Part shown: in pieces, positions 36,281-48,799 of the stretch
Numbering within the stretch: the first letter of the stretch is position 1
How the letters are laid out: every line of letters begins with the position of its first letter
Assembly: GCF_030028105.1 (NCBI RefSeq)
Contig: NC_092375.1
Span: forward strand, 43,995,130 to 44,059,129
Reading direction: 5' to 3'
DNA: 64,000 nt
Source of the DNA: Mobula birostris
Taxonomy: Eukaryota
The notes under the pieces: model-generated
What the model saw: only the letters and a program-made list of their open reading frames with translations
What the model was told of the DNA's origin: nothing
Databases searched by the model: none
Translations under genes and position numbers: made by a program

Positions 36281-38868
36281 CCAATGTTTAGATTTTATAT
36301 TATTCTACAGCTGAGTCTTGCTAAAATGTGATTTTCTTGAATTGAGGAAGATGGAATCATCAAGAACCAGGTTGACTTTGTAAGTGATTAGATACGATCT
36401 AAGAGATAAAAGGTAATTAAACCCTTTTATTTATTGGTTGGAGAAAGCAGCGTTCACTGTTTGTTTTCCATGCTGCATGCCAAATAATTGCAAAGTTCCC
36501 AGCCTGGGTCATTTTTCCCCTTTGGGGTGTGAATCGGAAAATTTTAATCTGAGTAATATTCTGCAGTGATGACCAGTACCCAAAGGGATATCCCTTGTTA
36601 CTAAGGAGACAGCTGGATTATTTCCTTCTTCCTAAAACAAGCTAGAATGCTGACATTCTTTAAAATGTAATGGGAGCTTTCTGTAATATGTAAAATAATA
36701 CATTGCTGGTTACTCACCTGGGAAATGCTGGAAGTCCAGAATTCCTTGTGATTTATAAAATGCACTGTGACCTGGGAGTCTATTCAGCTCGAATTTATAT
36801 CGTGACCTAAGAGTTCACGAGTCAAGTTCATCCACTTTGATCAGTAACAAAATCTATTATTACATAGGTATTTTCCTTCTATTTTACTCTCTCTGCATCC
36901 TGTTGGTTGTGTGTAGAAAATTCTTTAAGTATTCTATAAAAGCCAGATAGCTTGGCTGTAAACAGGCCAGATTGAGTTTATACTTGAGCAGATTCTAGGT
37001 CAGGGATTTCCCTTGTGATGGTGAAAACATTTCATGATCCTGTCATTCATTTAACAACCGGCTCCATGTATCCATGGTGTCAATTATGGACAGCAGCAGT
37101 AGTTCAGGCTCATCCATGGGACGAAATTCGATGGCAATATATTCAGAATGAACTTGAGCATTGCTTGAGAGTCTTCAGGAGTTGAATTACAGATACAAGA
37201 ACACAGCTGCAGTCCTTTTCTTCAGGGCTGTTTTCATAGAAACCAATGGCTGGTTCTCTCAATGTCCTTGGATTTTTTCAACCTGTCTTTCACAGCCTGA
37301 ATGTCAATCTCAGTGATATGAAATATGGTTTGCAAAGTAAGTTCACTGTATCTTTCCTGCATTGGTGTTCTTTGACATTTTGTTTTAGCTCCAGTTACAG
37401 TATTCAGTGCCTACTTAACATTGTTCCCTGGTTCTAAGTGTTCACTAAGCTGCTTCTCCCGTGAGGAACATATGTGATTCCATTTCAAAGTGGCTTATTG
37501 TAACTATCAAATAATGGAGATGATGATCAGATTCTGATGTATTTTTCTTTATTCATTTATATGATGAAGGCATTAGTGACAAAGATCAACGTTTACTGCA
37601 ACACTAACTACTTTTGAAAAGGTACTCTTCTAGTTAGGGTTTATGCTGGTAAAAAGAGATTGTAGGCAAGATCATCATCCAGAAAACTGCACAATGGATT
37701 TATGGGCATTTGTGTATACATGCTCAGTCTACAACATTAAGGATGTACTTATGTACTGCTCTCTAAAGCAAGAAAATCTCAGTGCCTGCTTCAGATATTG
37801 AACATTCCAGAAACTAGACTTTGCAATGATAATACAGGAGGAATTAAATCATCAGGGTGGTGTGCAACCTGCCTTTTCAAAATTCCCTCTCTTAATACAT
37901 GAGGGTTTTGCATTTGGACCTGGAGATTTTCATGTAATTGAAGACATTAATCAAAATAACACCTGATCCTTGTATTAATCATTTCACAATCCTATTCAAT
38001 TAATTAATTCAATTATTTTTATTAATCACTTAAATACAGGAAAAGAGGAAAGGAATTAAAATGAAGTAAAATAAAATGCCTCATGTTTGCATCTTTGCAA
38101 ATAATTGTAGACTGAACTTTCTTCAGTAATAATCGTAGAAACAGTATACAGCATATAGCTATGGCTATGTACACTTGTACATACCACCAAGCAGTATTTT
38201 TACTTGCTCTTACCTAACAGTCTTCAGATATACACAAATCACAATACTTGATTCACAGAGTTGGTTCCAACCCGAAAAATTTACCCCACTTTAGAGACCA
38301 CTCACTGACCATGATTCAAATGAGTGGTCTTCCTGAAAATCTATCACCTCTTCCAGTTTTGTTTTCATCTACCAGAGATATAAAATCACATTGCTCTAAT
38401 TTTGGTTAATTACAGTCACTTATAGTAGGAACACTACAGCACAGAGACATGTCCTTCAGCCTATCTAGACCAGACCAATTTATTCTGTCTAGTCCCATCA
38501 ATGTGCCATGGCCCTCCGTGCACCTCCCATCTATACACATATACAAAATTCACCTAAATATTGAAACCAAACCTACATCTACCAATTCCACTAGCAGTGG
38601 TAATTCCTTAATCCCTTACTCCAATGCTGCAACAACACCTCTAAGGGTCTTACTATGTGACCATAAAATCCAGCAAGAAAACTAGTTTTAGTTCAACCTT
38701 AACATATATTGGATTAGCCATTTTGATTAACAAAGCTGCAAATGTTTTTAAACCAAAAAACCAGAAATAAGAAAACAGTAAGTCAAATAATATCACTGAG
38801 CAGAGAGACATATCCAGCCATCCCTATTAAGGTTCCAAAACCGGAAAAAATAACAAACTAAGCAGAGA

Positions 38869-39031
38869 GTGGAGAGAAGGGAGGGGCAGACAGGGTGGAG
38901 AGAAGGAAGGGGCAGGCAGGGTGGAGAGGAGGGAGGGGCAGGCAGGGTGGAGAGAAAGGGAGGGGCAGGCAGGGTGGAGAGAAGGGAGGGACAGGCAGGG
39001 TGGAGAGGAGGGAGGGGCAGGCAGGGTGGAG
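38869..39031. repeat. 26-bp G-rich tandem repeat, about 6 copies
   Basis: Unit gtggagagaagggaggggcaggcagg. Confidence 0.9.
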
Positions 39032-39070
39032 TGGAATGTCCATGGTAGGTTGGAGACAAAAGTTGCTCAC

Positions 39071-39140
39071 GTAACAACTAACTTTTTAAAAAGGGCTGTT
39101 GGAGACAAAAAGGAAGTAAGTTGAATCAGTAAGATCCCAG
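39071..39140 (-). CDS. Candidate hydrophobic C-terminal exon of B7-like gene, (A)GILLIQLTSFLSPTALFKKLVV
   Basis: Strong acceptor cttaccctttctctctgcag, donor |GTGAGC; only the phase-1 frame is open, matching the IgC exon end. Confidence 0.45.
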
Positions 39141-39332
39141 CTGCAGAGAGAAAGGGTAAGTAAGGTTGGCCAGGGTTAAAATCTCTTCCTTTAATGTATC
39201 AAAAGAAGTAGTAACTGGTGGGAGAAATTCAACTTATGATCTGTAGACCACAAGTTCTCTGCATGTTGCTCTTTGCCTGTCTGAAATTCAAGCATCATTA
39301 AAACGGACAAGCTCCAGAGTATGAAGAGTTTA

Positions 39333-39699
39333 CAGTCATCCCTCAGTATCCGCAGGGGACTGGTTCCAGGACCACACTACCCCCCCCCCCCCCACCCCAG
39401 CTAGCCATCCCTTACTAGCCTTAAACTCCTTCCTCTCACTCACTACACAAGTAGCAAAACAAACGAGACGCAGAGTAAACAGTGCACAACTGAGTGCTGG
39501 ACAGAGACTGAGGATCTGTGAAATGGCAGAAGGCTACAGCAGGGCATATCACTTCATTCACGTGGATTCGCATAATGCTCGGTGCGCAGCAAATTCAAAT
39601 TTTGCTTTTTGGAACTTTCTGGAATTTTTTTCGAGTATTTTCAATCCACGGTTGGTTGAGTCCGCGTATGCGGAACCTGCGGATACGGAGGGCCGAATG
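39333..39699. mobile_element. Tigger/pogo-like MITE
   Basis: TA|CAGTCATCCCTCAGTATCCG ... CGGATACGGAGGGCCGAATG|TA. Confidence 0.75.
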
Positions 39700-40479
39700 T
39701 ACTCTGAATCAAGTTTAGGTAAAAGATGGACATTCCTTGTTACATTTCTCCCTTGTTACATTTCCCCCAAATTCAGCCTTAGATACATCCAACCACCGAA
39801 AGGATTTATTATAGTTAAGAAGCAATAAACTTTGGAAGTTTTGCTGCGAGCGTATGACTGTTTCGAGAAACACATCTTTTCAATTATAAATCTGATGGCT
39901 TCTCTCCATTATCCACACGGATAAGGTGTTTTCCATCTGAAAATACAAATGGGAACAAAAGTCAACATTTATTCTGCTAATACTGTGTATACATCAGCAG
40001 GGCTATCATAATGAAATAATCTTAAATTGATTGTAATTCTGTATCTTTTATTTAGCCTTAGATTATTTCATATTCAGGTTTAAAATAAGCATTGATCATT
40101 CTAAAACACAGTACAACAATTGCACTCAATTTTACACTGTGCACTTCCTCAGTTTTCTGCATTCCTACCAACAAAATCGTTACCTTACCTGAAAATTCTC
40201 AGTGATGGAAACCACTTGGTTAGTGAAAACCAGAAAACAGTTGTCAGTCATTCTGCATTACTAACAATTTCTAAAGTTTCTCATGATCTACAACCAGATA
40301 ATTGTGCCAAATTTAGTTAATCCATCTCTGCAGTACTGTATTCAAGTGGAATTATTTTCCCAAAATAGGTTCATTTGTATTTACTCAAAGTTCTATATAT
40401 GCTTAATTTAATGTACCAAGTCAAAATGGTGCCAAGCAATGATGTCTGTCAAGTTGTGGCTCAGACTTATTCCTTTGAG

Positions 40480-41275
40480 GCTAAGGAATGGTTTTGGGGA
40501 CATTGAGCAATTACAGGTCAGGTTTGGGTTTCGGGGCATAGATGCCGGGGAGATAAAGGTTAGGGCCTGTAAATGAAGAGTGAGGGCAGGAGTTGGTGGT
40601 CATAGTCCAGGCTGAAGCACTGAGGATGAAGATCAGCTATCCCCATGGTCAAGGACTGTGGTTGGCTGGTCCCAAAGATGTAGGGTTGGTGACCCTCCCA
40701 GGCCGCCAAGCCCTGGGTTCGGAAGTCCATGCGAGTCTGGAGGTCTATGCTCAGAGTTGAACATCCCATGTGATTGGTCAACCCTGGGGTCAACACCAAA
40801 GGTCAAAGAGCAAAATCAGCGAGTTCAAAAATTGGGGCCTGAAGGTTGAAGCCCTGAAATTTGAAGCCCCTTGATCAGTGTGTTCGGAAGTTGCTGGCTC
40901 AACATTCGTGAGTCTAGGCTAGGGACTAGGGTTAGAGGCACAATGTCTATGCCTGCTGAGTGTTCGAGGCCAAGGACTGGGGTCAAAGGCTCAGAGGTGG
41001 CCAGTCCTGGGGTTGGAGGGGGGTGTGTGTGTGTGTGTGTGTGTATTGATAGGTGAGAAAGGGACTTCTCTTGCTGTGTTTTTTTGCTTTGTTGTTGGTG
41101 TTGTTGCTTGGGTTGTTCTGCTGATCATAGTGAACATACTATATTGGTGCCGGAATGTGTGGCAACACTTGTGGGCTGCCCCAACACAACCTTGGGTCGT
41201 GTTGGTTGTTAACACAAACGACAAATTTCATTGTATGCTTCGATGTACATGTGATAAATAAATTAATCTGAATCT
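40480..41275 (+). mobile_element. LINE 3' UTR-type repeat
   Basis: Ends in gataaataaattaatctgaatctgaat; contains a (gt)n tract; start approximate. Confidence 0.5.
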
Positions 41276-42795
41276 GAATGTACTTCTTGTTTCTTGATGT
41301 TCCTCCTCCAAAACTGTTAGAGCGTGCAACAGTTTAATCTCAGCATGCAAAAAAATCTAGTTTTTAAATTATAATTAGAAATAACAAATAAGCTTTCTAA
41401 CTCAATACAAAATAAAAACAGCAAGTGCCAGAAATGTGCTGCAGATCAGGAAAGTGGAAAAAGGATTAATATATAATTGTGAAGACCCTTTGTTGGAACT
41501 GGAGAAGGGGAGAACACAGTTTGGTGTCAAGGTATGGGATAAGTGACAGAGGGATGAACAGAACAAAGGGAGTATATAGGGTAAGAGGAGGCCAGGGTAA
41601 GATGATTCAATGGGTGCAGTTAGGAAGAGATAACAAAGTCTTCTGCTCAAAATAACCCAATGCATGATTAGGGAGCAACACCTCATCTTCTATCTGGGCA
41701 TGTGCCGACTCAAAATTGAATCCTACCACTTTGGGTAACACACTTTATCCATGTAAAATCAGGCCAGGTGGCTCTGGGATATTGGTTCATTTTCTTTTGT
41801 CTGTCCATAAGCCTGACCTAGGCTTGTTCTATTGGATGGCATCTCCTTTGTGTTCTCACATTCCAACGGCTCCCATATTGTAGCTTTTATGCCATTTTCT
41901 TTGTTTTTGTTCCAACCAATACTGGGTAACAGAACACCTTCAATAGCAGCATTATAACCAAATTCCCATGATTATCTAATTGTGAACTTGTAGTGATGCT
42001 CATTGAAGCTGCACTTATTGCGCTAGCATACCCTCATCATTCACAAGAATGATGTCCTAAAAAATATTTTCTCTTTAGGTCACGCTAAGAGCTTCATAAA
42101 GCCTGAACCATAGTTAAATTTACAAAGTGTGCTTCTGTCAATCATGTTCACCCGCCAGAAATGGAAGGCAGCGTCCAGACTGCTATGTGGGAAACTGGAA
42201 AAGAACAAAAACTGAGTGTGTAACAGAGGCATGTTCAGCAATGGTAAAAGCTGGAATACCTGTGAATGAATGAGGATGGTCATTTCGGACAAATCAAGTT
42301 ACAACACTGGAAAATGACATTGCAATATTAACCTACAAGTGCAAATTCCAACAGAAAGTCTGGTTACAAATTCCTGATGTAATGCAATGCAATGTAACCT
42401 GGAAACAATCACTAATATACTCAGCACAAAATTAAATCTATGTTCAATAACACTGTGCTGTTTTTCTAATGATTTACTTGAACTTAAGCCAGCTCTGCAC
42501 TGACTTTAAATAACTATTGTAATTAAACATTAATCCAGTTACTTGTGAAATTGTCAAGAATTCTCCCAAAACTATCACTTAATTCTTAATAAGCATTATT
42601 TAATTTGCCCTTTTCTTAACATTTCAAGCTGGGCTTTAATTTCTGATTTAAAAATCTATGGAATGCAATTTCTAGTGATTGTACTAAAAGGTTATGATTA
42701 AATAACACAACATTACTTAAAATATTTCCAGATTTCCTCTATTTTCAGCCTTGCTCAGTTTCTACACTTTTGTTCTTCCTTTGTTTCTCCTTGTA

Positions 42796-43568
42796 CAATG
42801 GGTTCCATTAATTGGGGCACATCACGATCAGTACATTTTAGCCCAATTAACCTGCTGCCCCAATTAGCCGAGGTTTCATGGAAATCATTAAAAAGGTGTA
42901 AAAAACACAAACTGAGTAACAAATTATGTATTTAACTGAAATATGGAACAAATTGGAAGACTACCAATGCTACTACAGTACTATAAAACTCTGTATTGGT
43001 TCTTAATAGTTATCAACAGAGGAATTCATTCAGTGTATGCAATGAACAAAATCAGTGCGGACACCTACTGCAGATGATGAACTGCCTTCATACAATGTTT
43101 TTGCTGAATGGATACTCCAAATCTTCATTTGCATTGTAACATTCAAGATGACTGCCCATACCTTCAAATTCTCAGTAGTTCCTAACTTGTTGAAGTAATG
43201 AAATAATTTCATTTTTCACTCCCACCATTTCTTGCTTGACACCTCACTGATCAAAATAGTTCTGAATTGCCTGACTGCTTATTTCTTGACAACTATCAGT
43301 GACAAAAATCACTGATTTTTGAACACAAACACACAAAACTGATGCTATTTAAAAACAGTTCACCCTTAAGCATGATGTAGCGTCTAACAACCACACAAGT
43401 GCTAGTTAGAACCTGTTCAGCAAGTCTCCTGTCCTAATTAAGGGGCATGGTGTCACAAATAAACAAAGGGTACCTGGCTATTTTCTCAATTAGTTTTTGG
43501 TCTTAATAGTTGTCCTAAATAAACAGCTGCCCTAGTTAACTGAAAGCCCAATTAACTAGAATCCACTG
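42796..43568. mobile_element. Tigger/pogo-like non-autonomous DNA transposon
   Basis: TA|CAATGGGTTCCATTAATTGGG ... CCCAATTAACTAGAATCCACTG|TA imperfect TIRs. Confidence 0.7.
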
Positions 43569-43656
43569 TATAATTTTATAAGATGTACTGATATACTTAC
43601 TGCTTATTATGTTCATTTAACACTTTCAAAAGTAACAATTTTAGAAATAAACCTAC

Positions 43657-43926
43657 CTGAGAATATCACTCGAGTCTGCGTAGGCTTGACCATCCATCGA
43701 TGAGTCATGGAGCAGATATAGTGATTCACCTTATCAATTACTTTCAAATCATTTGTCACGTTGAAATATCCATCACTTTCCCTCAATTTTATTTCATTAT
43801 GCACTGCCAATGCATTCCCACGCTGGTCCCTCCACGTAACTTCTGGAGCAGGGTACCACCCTGAAGACCGGCATGACAGCACATCTGAATCGGAATCCCA
43901 GAAAACATGGATGCCATCTGTACTAG
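43657..43926 (-). CDS. B7/butyrophilin-family IgC-domain exon
   Basis: 270-nt phase 1-1 exon (ttggtag|CT ... TCAG|GTAGGT): LSCRSSGWYPAPEVTWRD..GYFNVTNDL..YICSMTH, the B7-type C domain signature. Confidence 0.9.
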
Positions 43927-44658
43927 CTACCAAGATAAAAGTAACACAAATTACAGCTAGTCAACAAGAACACAAATCACACAGAAATGCTTCAATACAA
44001 AATGTTACAGTTTTTAGAAAAGCAATAACCCTCTGCAAAATTATATATTTAAGATATTCCCTATACTTTGCTGATAATCAAGATCTGTATATTCTGGAGA
44101 AAATAAATATCTATTGGAATGAGTTGAAAGTTACCCAAAATGTGCAACAAAATAAGACAATGGTCTGACTCCTTTCCATTGGCTTACTTTGTTTTCATAA
44201 ACACATTGTTCCGTGAGCATCGTAGGTACATAAAGTTTATAAATAAATAAGATGGCACTTTTTCTATATTGATTCCACATGCATTCTCAGGCAGATTTTC
44301 TTGATAGAGGAATTAAGTTTAAATAAACTGGGCTGCAACTGAAAATAACCTGCACATCTTAGCTTCCTTCTTATAACAAATGAAGCAATGACTGAGCAAG
44401 CACCTTCATTGGTGAATAATCCTCCAAACTCTTTTCTTCTGTGCTGTGCTGAAGTGATCCGATGCATTCAGCACACACAGGAAAATAATAATCTTGCCAA
44501 GTAAGTATGCAGATACCAGTTTAGAATAACATTAAGCTATACTTCATCCCTTGTAATAGTTTAAATGAATGAAATTGAGCTTTCAACATTCACCTGGGCC
44601 AACTTGGAAGATTCACTTGTCAGGTCCTACTGAAGAAACTGACCATGAGTTATCAGAA

Positions 44659-44857
44659 AACAACAGGAATTCTGCAGATGCTGGAAATTCAAGCAACACA
44701 CATCAAAGTTGCTGGTGAACGCAGCAGGCCAGGCAGCATCTCTAGGAAGACGTCAGGACGTCCTGACGAAGGGTCTCGGCCTGAAACGTCGACTGCACCT
44801 CTTCCTAGAGATGCTGCCTGGCCTGCTGCGTTCACCAGCAACTTTGATGTGTGTTGC
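44659..44857. mobile_element. Penelope-derived hairpin insertion with intact minimal hammerhead core
   Basis: 14-bp TSD ATGAGTTATCAGAA (44645-44658 and 44858-44871); perfect 58-bp inverted arms (44693-44750 / 44800-44857); core CTGACGA-AGG gtctcgg CCT-GAAAC-GTC at 44763-44790. Confidence 0.85.
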
Positions 44858-46202
44858 ATGAGTTATCAGAAGAGTGTTCGATGTATTTGAGCCAGGATCA
44901 CTCACAAGATGTTCAAGGAACATTTCATCAATTTTTTTTTAAGACTCCTCGTCAAGTAGCCATACTAAATAGCCAGTTCAAATAGAAATGGAAGTTATAC
45001 AATATACAAATCAGTAATAGTCACTAGATGCAGTGCCAGGGAATAGTTGGTGCCATGTGGGTTCCAGTCAAACCAAACAGTGAATTCTGCAATCACCATT
45101 CCTTCGGGACTAGAGACTAGCAATAGTTGTTCTATAAAAGGCTGTTATGTGATGGTGTTATAAATAAATTTAATAGCTACTGGGCAGAACTCCATCTTTG
45201 TCGTCACTTCATATCTGATCTGGTACTGCTATAATATTAAATACTGCATTTTCACACCTTTAGCTAGAAGCCTTAGCTATTCGTATATTGTTTAACAGTT
45301 TTGGTTTTCCATCCATTGCCATCAAACCAAAATATAGTTCTATTTTTACTCATAAAACTATTTCTAAGTGTGTTTTTCTTGTAGAAATGCTACTAATGCC
45401 AAGGTATCAGGGAAGAGTCATAAGCTTTACAGAATTATGTGATTGTTCTTATACCGTTCAGTCTATGGGGAAATGTTTGTCACTTTATTACCTAAAGATG
45501 ATAGGGTGTAATTTCTGCAAATGTCTCTCCACTTTGCCCTCAGCTGCGGTAGAGAGCCTGGGATTTGGCATATTTACCATCATTGCCCATCAACTTAATT
45601 GAATGAAGAAATGAATGAAAATAACCGAAGACTAGTTTACAGATGGTAAAGACCTCAAGAGGAGGCAGAGAAGAATCATACACGTGCTATTTCAGAAGAT
45701 GACCGTAGATGGTTCAGTATTGTCTTTGGTCTTCACAGTTGCCTTCTCATCAAGGATGGTGATATTCATGATGTATGATGTAAAACTACAAAGACTTTTA
45801 CTTATCTCAGAAAAAGGCCATTCAGCCCCACTGGTCCATGCTGACCAATATGCTCCCTCCAAGCTAAACCAGTTTTGTCTTTGGTCCATAAACTTCTAAA
45901 CCTTTCCAATCTGTGCACCTGTCCAACTGTTTCTGAAGAGATATAACTGTGTTCTATCAAGTGATAACTTAATACTGTCTGTAGCATATGACCTAGCCCA
46001 CATTCCTATATTGTATTTTCACCTGATGGATGTTTCCTTTTGAGCTCTACCTAATAATATTCTGGGATGTCCATATCCATCACTCACTGAACATAGGTTG
46101 GTCCTTAGGTTAAAATACAACGTTACTGATTCTGGTGGAACATAATCCTAGCACTCTGAAAGCTGGCAGTGCTTACAACTGGGCAGATTTGAACTGTGGT
46201 AA

Positions 46203-46424
46203 CACAAACAAGAGACAATCTGCACATGCTGGAAATCCAAGCATCGCACACACAATGCTGGAGGAACTCAGCAGGCCAGGCAGCATCTATGGGAAAGAGA
46301 AAAAAAAGAGTACAGTTGACATTTTGGGCCCAGGACCTTCATCAGGATTGAAGGGTCTGGCCCCAAAACGTCGACTAGGTGCTGCCTGGCCTGCTGGGTT
46401 TCACCAGCATTTTGTGTGTGTTGC
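46203..46424. mobile_element. Older Penelope-derived hairpin insertion with two decayed hammerhead-like motifs
   Basis: 14-bp TSD with one mismatch TTGAACTGTG(G/C)TAA (46189-46202 and 46425-46438); imperfect inverted arms. Confidence 0.75.
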
Positions 46425-47211
46425 TTGAACTGTGCTAAGGCTGCCCAATTTAATGTTATAGAACTACGGAACATGCAACATAATTGTATCCTCAATCTGA
46501 ACACAGGGCTTTGTCACCAACAGCTTATAAACTGTATCAGCAACAAATAGACTGGTTACAGGAAGGTCAGGTGGGTTGCTCACTTGACCTGCAAAAGATC
46601 TAGTAACTATGTCTGTCAGGACTTGATTAGCTCTGTCAGCTATGATGCCACTGCATCAGTCTAGATGATAAGACCCGTAAGATATAGGAGCAGAAATAGG
46701 ACATCAAGTCAGCTCCGCCATTCCAGCATACAACATCCATTTCCCAGTATCCCTTCATGCACTGACTAATCTATCAACCTCTACCTTGACTATACCCAAT
46801 GATGGCATTGATAAACTCAGGAAAAATGTGTTTTACTGCTACAAGTGATGTTTTTTTTAATTGCCAGAGCCTAACAGCAGAGTGCTGCTACTTTTTCCAA
46901 CACTGTGCAATTGAAAATTGATTTAACAAGGAGTAAATTGCATTTGGTACTATTTCCAGGAAAAACCACGCTGACCTTCAACTGATAATTCTGGCCAAGT
47001 CACCCTATTTCAAATTCAGAGACTTGGTTACAATGAGCTTTAATGCAACACAATGCTTTAATATTTTTAGGCTGCTGTCTTCTGTAAAAGGTAGTGTTAA
47101 TCAGTAAAACATACCCTTTTATTTCTTGCCACTATTGTCATTACAATTTAAAAAAATGAAACTAAAGTGTATTTCACCCTCACTGAGAGCAGAGCAAGAT
47201 ATGTGGCATAC

Positions 47212-47553
47212 CCCAAACAGGCAGATGAACAACTGCTTTTCCATATCCACCATCAGTGCTAACAAACAACATGTAATCTCCTTCATCCCAAAGATTAACA
47301 TTCTTCAATGTAAGAAATGCTTTGCCGTTATTGATTGAATTTTCATCAACTTGAATTCTTTTTGAGTAGTTGGCATGCTGGTTGCTGAAATCACTTTTAC
47401 TTTCTTTGTACTCATATAAAATTTCAGAGCCAGGATTCTTCTCCCATTTCACTGCTGGAGTACATTGGCCATTGCAATCAAATGAACACTCGAAGGTGAC
47501 AGATCCTCCAATTTCTGCAGCTGGTTCCTGCTCACACTCAACTCTGAATGCAC
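47212..47553 (-). CDS. B7-family (VTCN1/B7-H4- or BTN-like) IgV-domain exon
   Basis: 342-nt phase 1-1 exon (tttattcag|GT ... TGGG|GTATGC): GGSVTFECSF..VKWEK..YSKRIQVDENSINNGKAFLTLKNVNLWDEGDY..GYGKAVVHL; splices in frame to the IgC exon. Confidence 0.9.
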
Positions 47554-48799
47554 CTGAATAAAGGATAGAAATAGTTATAAACAAAACCTTCTCGAAAAAA
47601 AAAATTCAAATGTTCACTTACGTTTCAGCTGATCAGCTTTTCTATTGTTAACACAAGTCTGAAAAAGGTATATTTTTCCACTTACAAATTGCTTTCAGAA
47701 AATTCCTTGCCTGATATTCATCTCACTTTAAGAACTTGGGCAATGGACGAGGATGGTCTGCAGAATTTTCCAGTTTCTCCAATTTGATTGATTCCATTTA
47801 TCTTTAAAAAGTTAATTGTATCCATCCAACACCTTCTTGTCTAAATATTAGTCTGTACTTTGCTGGGTTTTAACATTACACTGTTGCACTCACATTTATA
47901 ATTTACAGGATGTTTTCTATGCTACAGAAGAACACTGCTCCCAGCAGATCTAACTTGCACAAAATCATCACTCTGCTTGAACAAAAGTTGGATAAGAATT
48001 ACTACAAAACCTCATGGCATGATTGGAGTCTGATCTGGAAATTCTAGGACTCTACTGACTTTGAGCCCATGTCCTTGTGCTGACAATTTAAAACTTCACC
48101 CAATCAGTTTGTCTGAAAAGGGACCACAAATCCACAGTTTCAATTCACTTGACTGTCCACATCCTTTCGTTTCATTTCTGTCACAGGCTATAATAAAAAT
48201 CAAACAGGGCAATATTCTGTATTTTCAGTTTGTTAATAACATGGCTTTGCATTGTTGTTATATTTTGCAATTTGTTTTGAGTCATGGCCAGATTTCTTGA
48301 GGTATAGTAACATTCCCTATGGGTTTGAGAGTTGGATTCAGAAAGGGTTGAAAAATATGCAGTCTAAGAACATAACCTGTTGTCCTATCAGGTTGGAATG
48401 ACAATTGACCACTGTTAAAATCCTGATCACTGAATTTTTAGATATTTAGCAATAAAACTAATAATTGTCATGTTAAACTGCTAAGCTTAACAACAAGGAT
48501 CTCTACCACAGCCTCAATATAAATTGACCCAGTTGATTCCATAAGCTGACAATATGGAAAATAAACTGTTTAAGGTAATGTGGTATTATGATTACAAACT
48601 TAACAGTCTATTAGGTAGAAATAAAACCACAGATCTCTTAAAACTCCAACTGAAATTTTCACACATTAACAAAATTTGAATGCTTGCCCTGGGCCTTTCA
48701 ATACCAGCTTTGGCAGAATTATGTTGTCACTTACTTATTTGCCTCTTTGGCAAAAATTAAAGGTCTTAGAAATGATCTTCAATATTACTGTATGTGATG

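Noticed and set aside
39255-39281. Candidate exon RQRATCRELVVYRS* after an acceptor near 39281
   Set aside because: It would end the protein before any anchor and lacks independent support.
41895-41990. Hydrophobic stretch GNLVIMLLLKVFCYPVLVGTKTKK on minus as B7 TM exon
   Set aside because: No polypyrimidine tract at the available acceptors; possible but unsupported.
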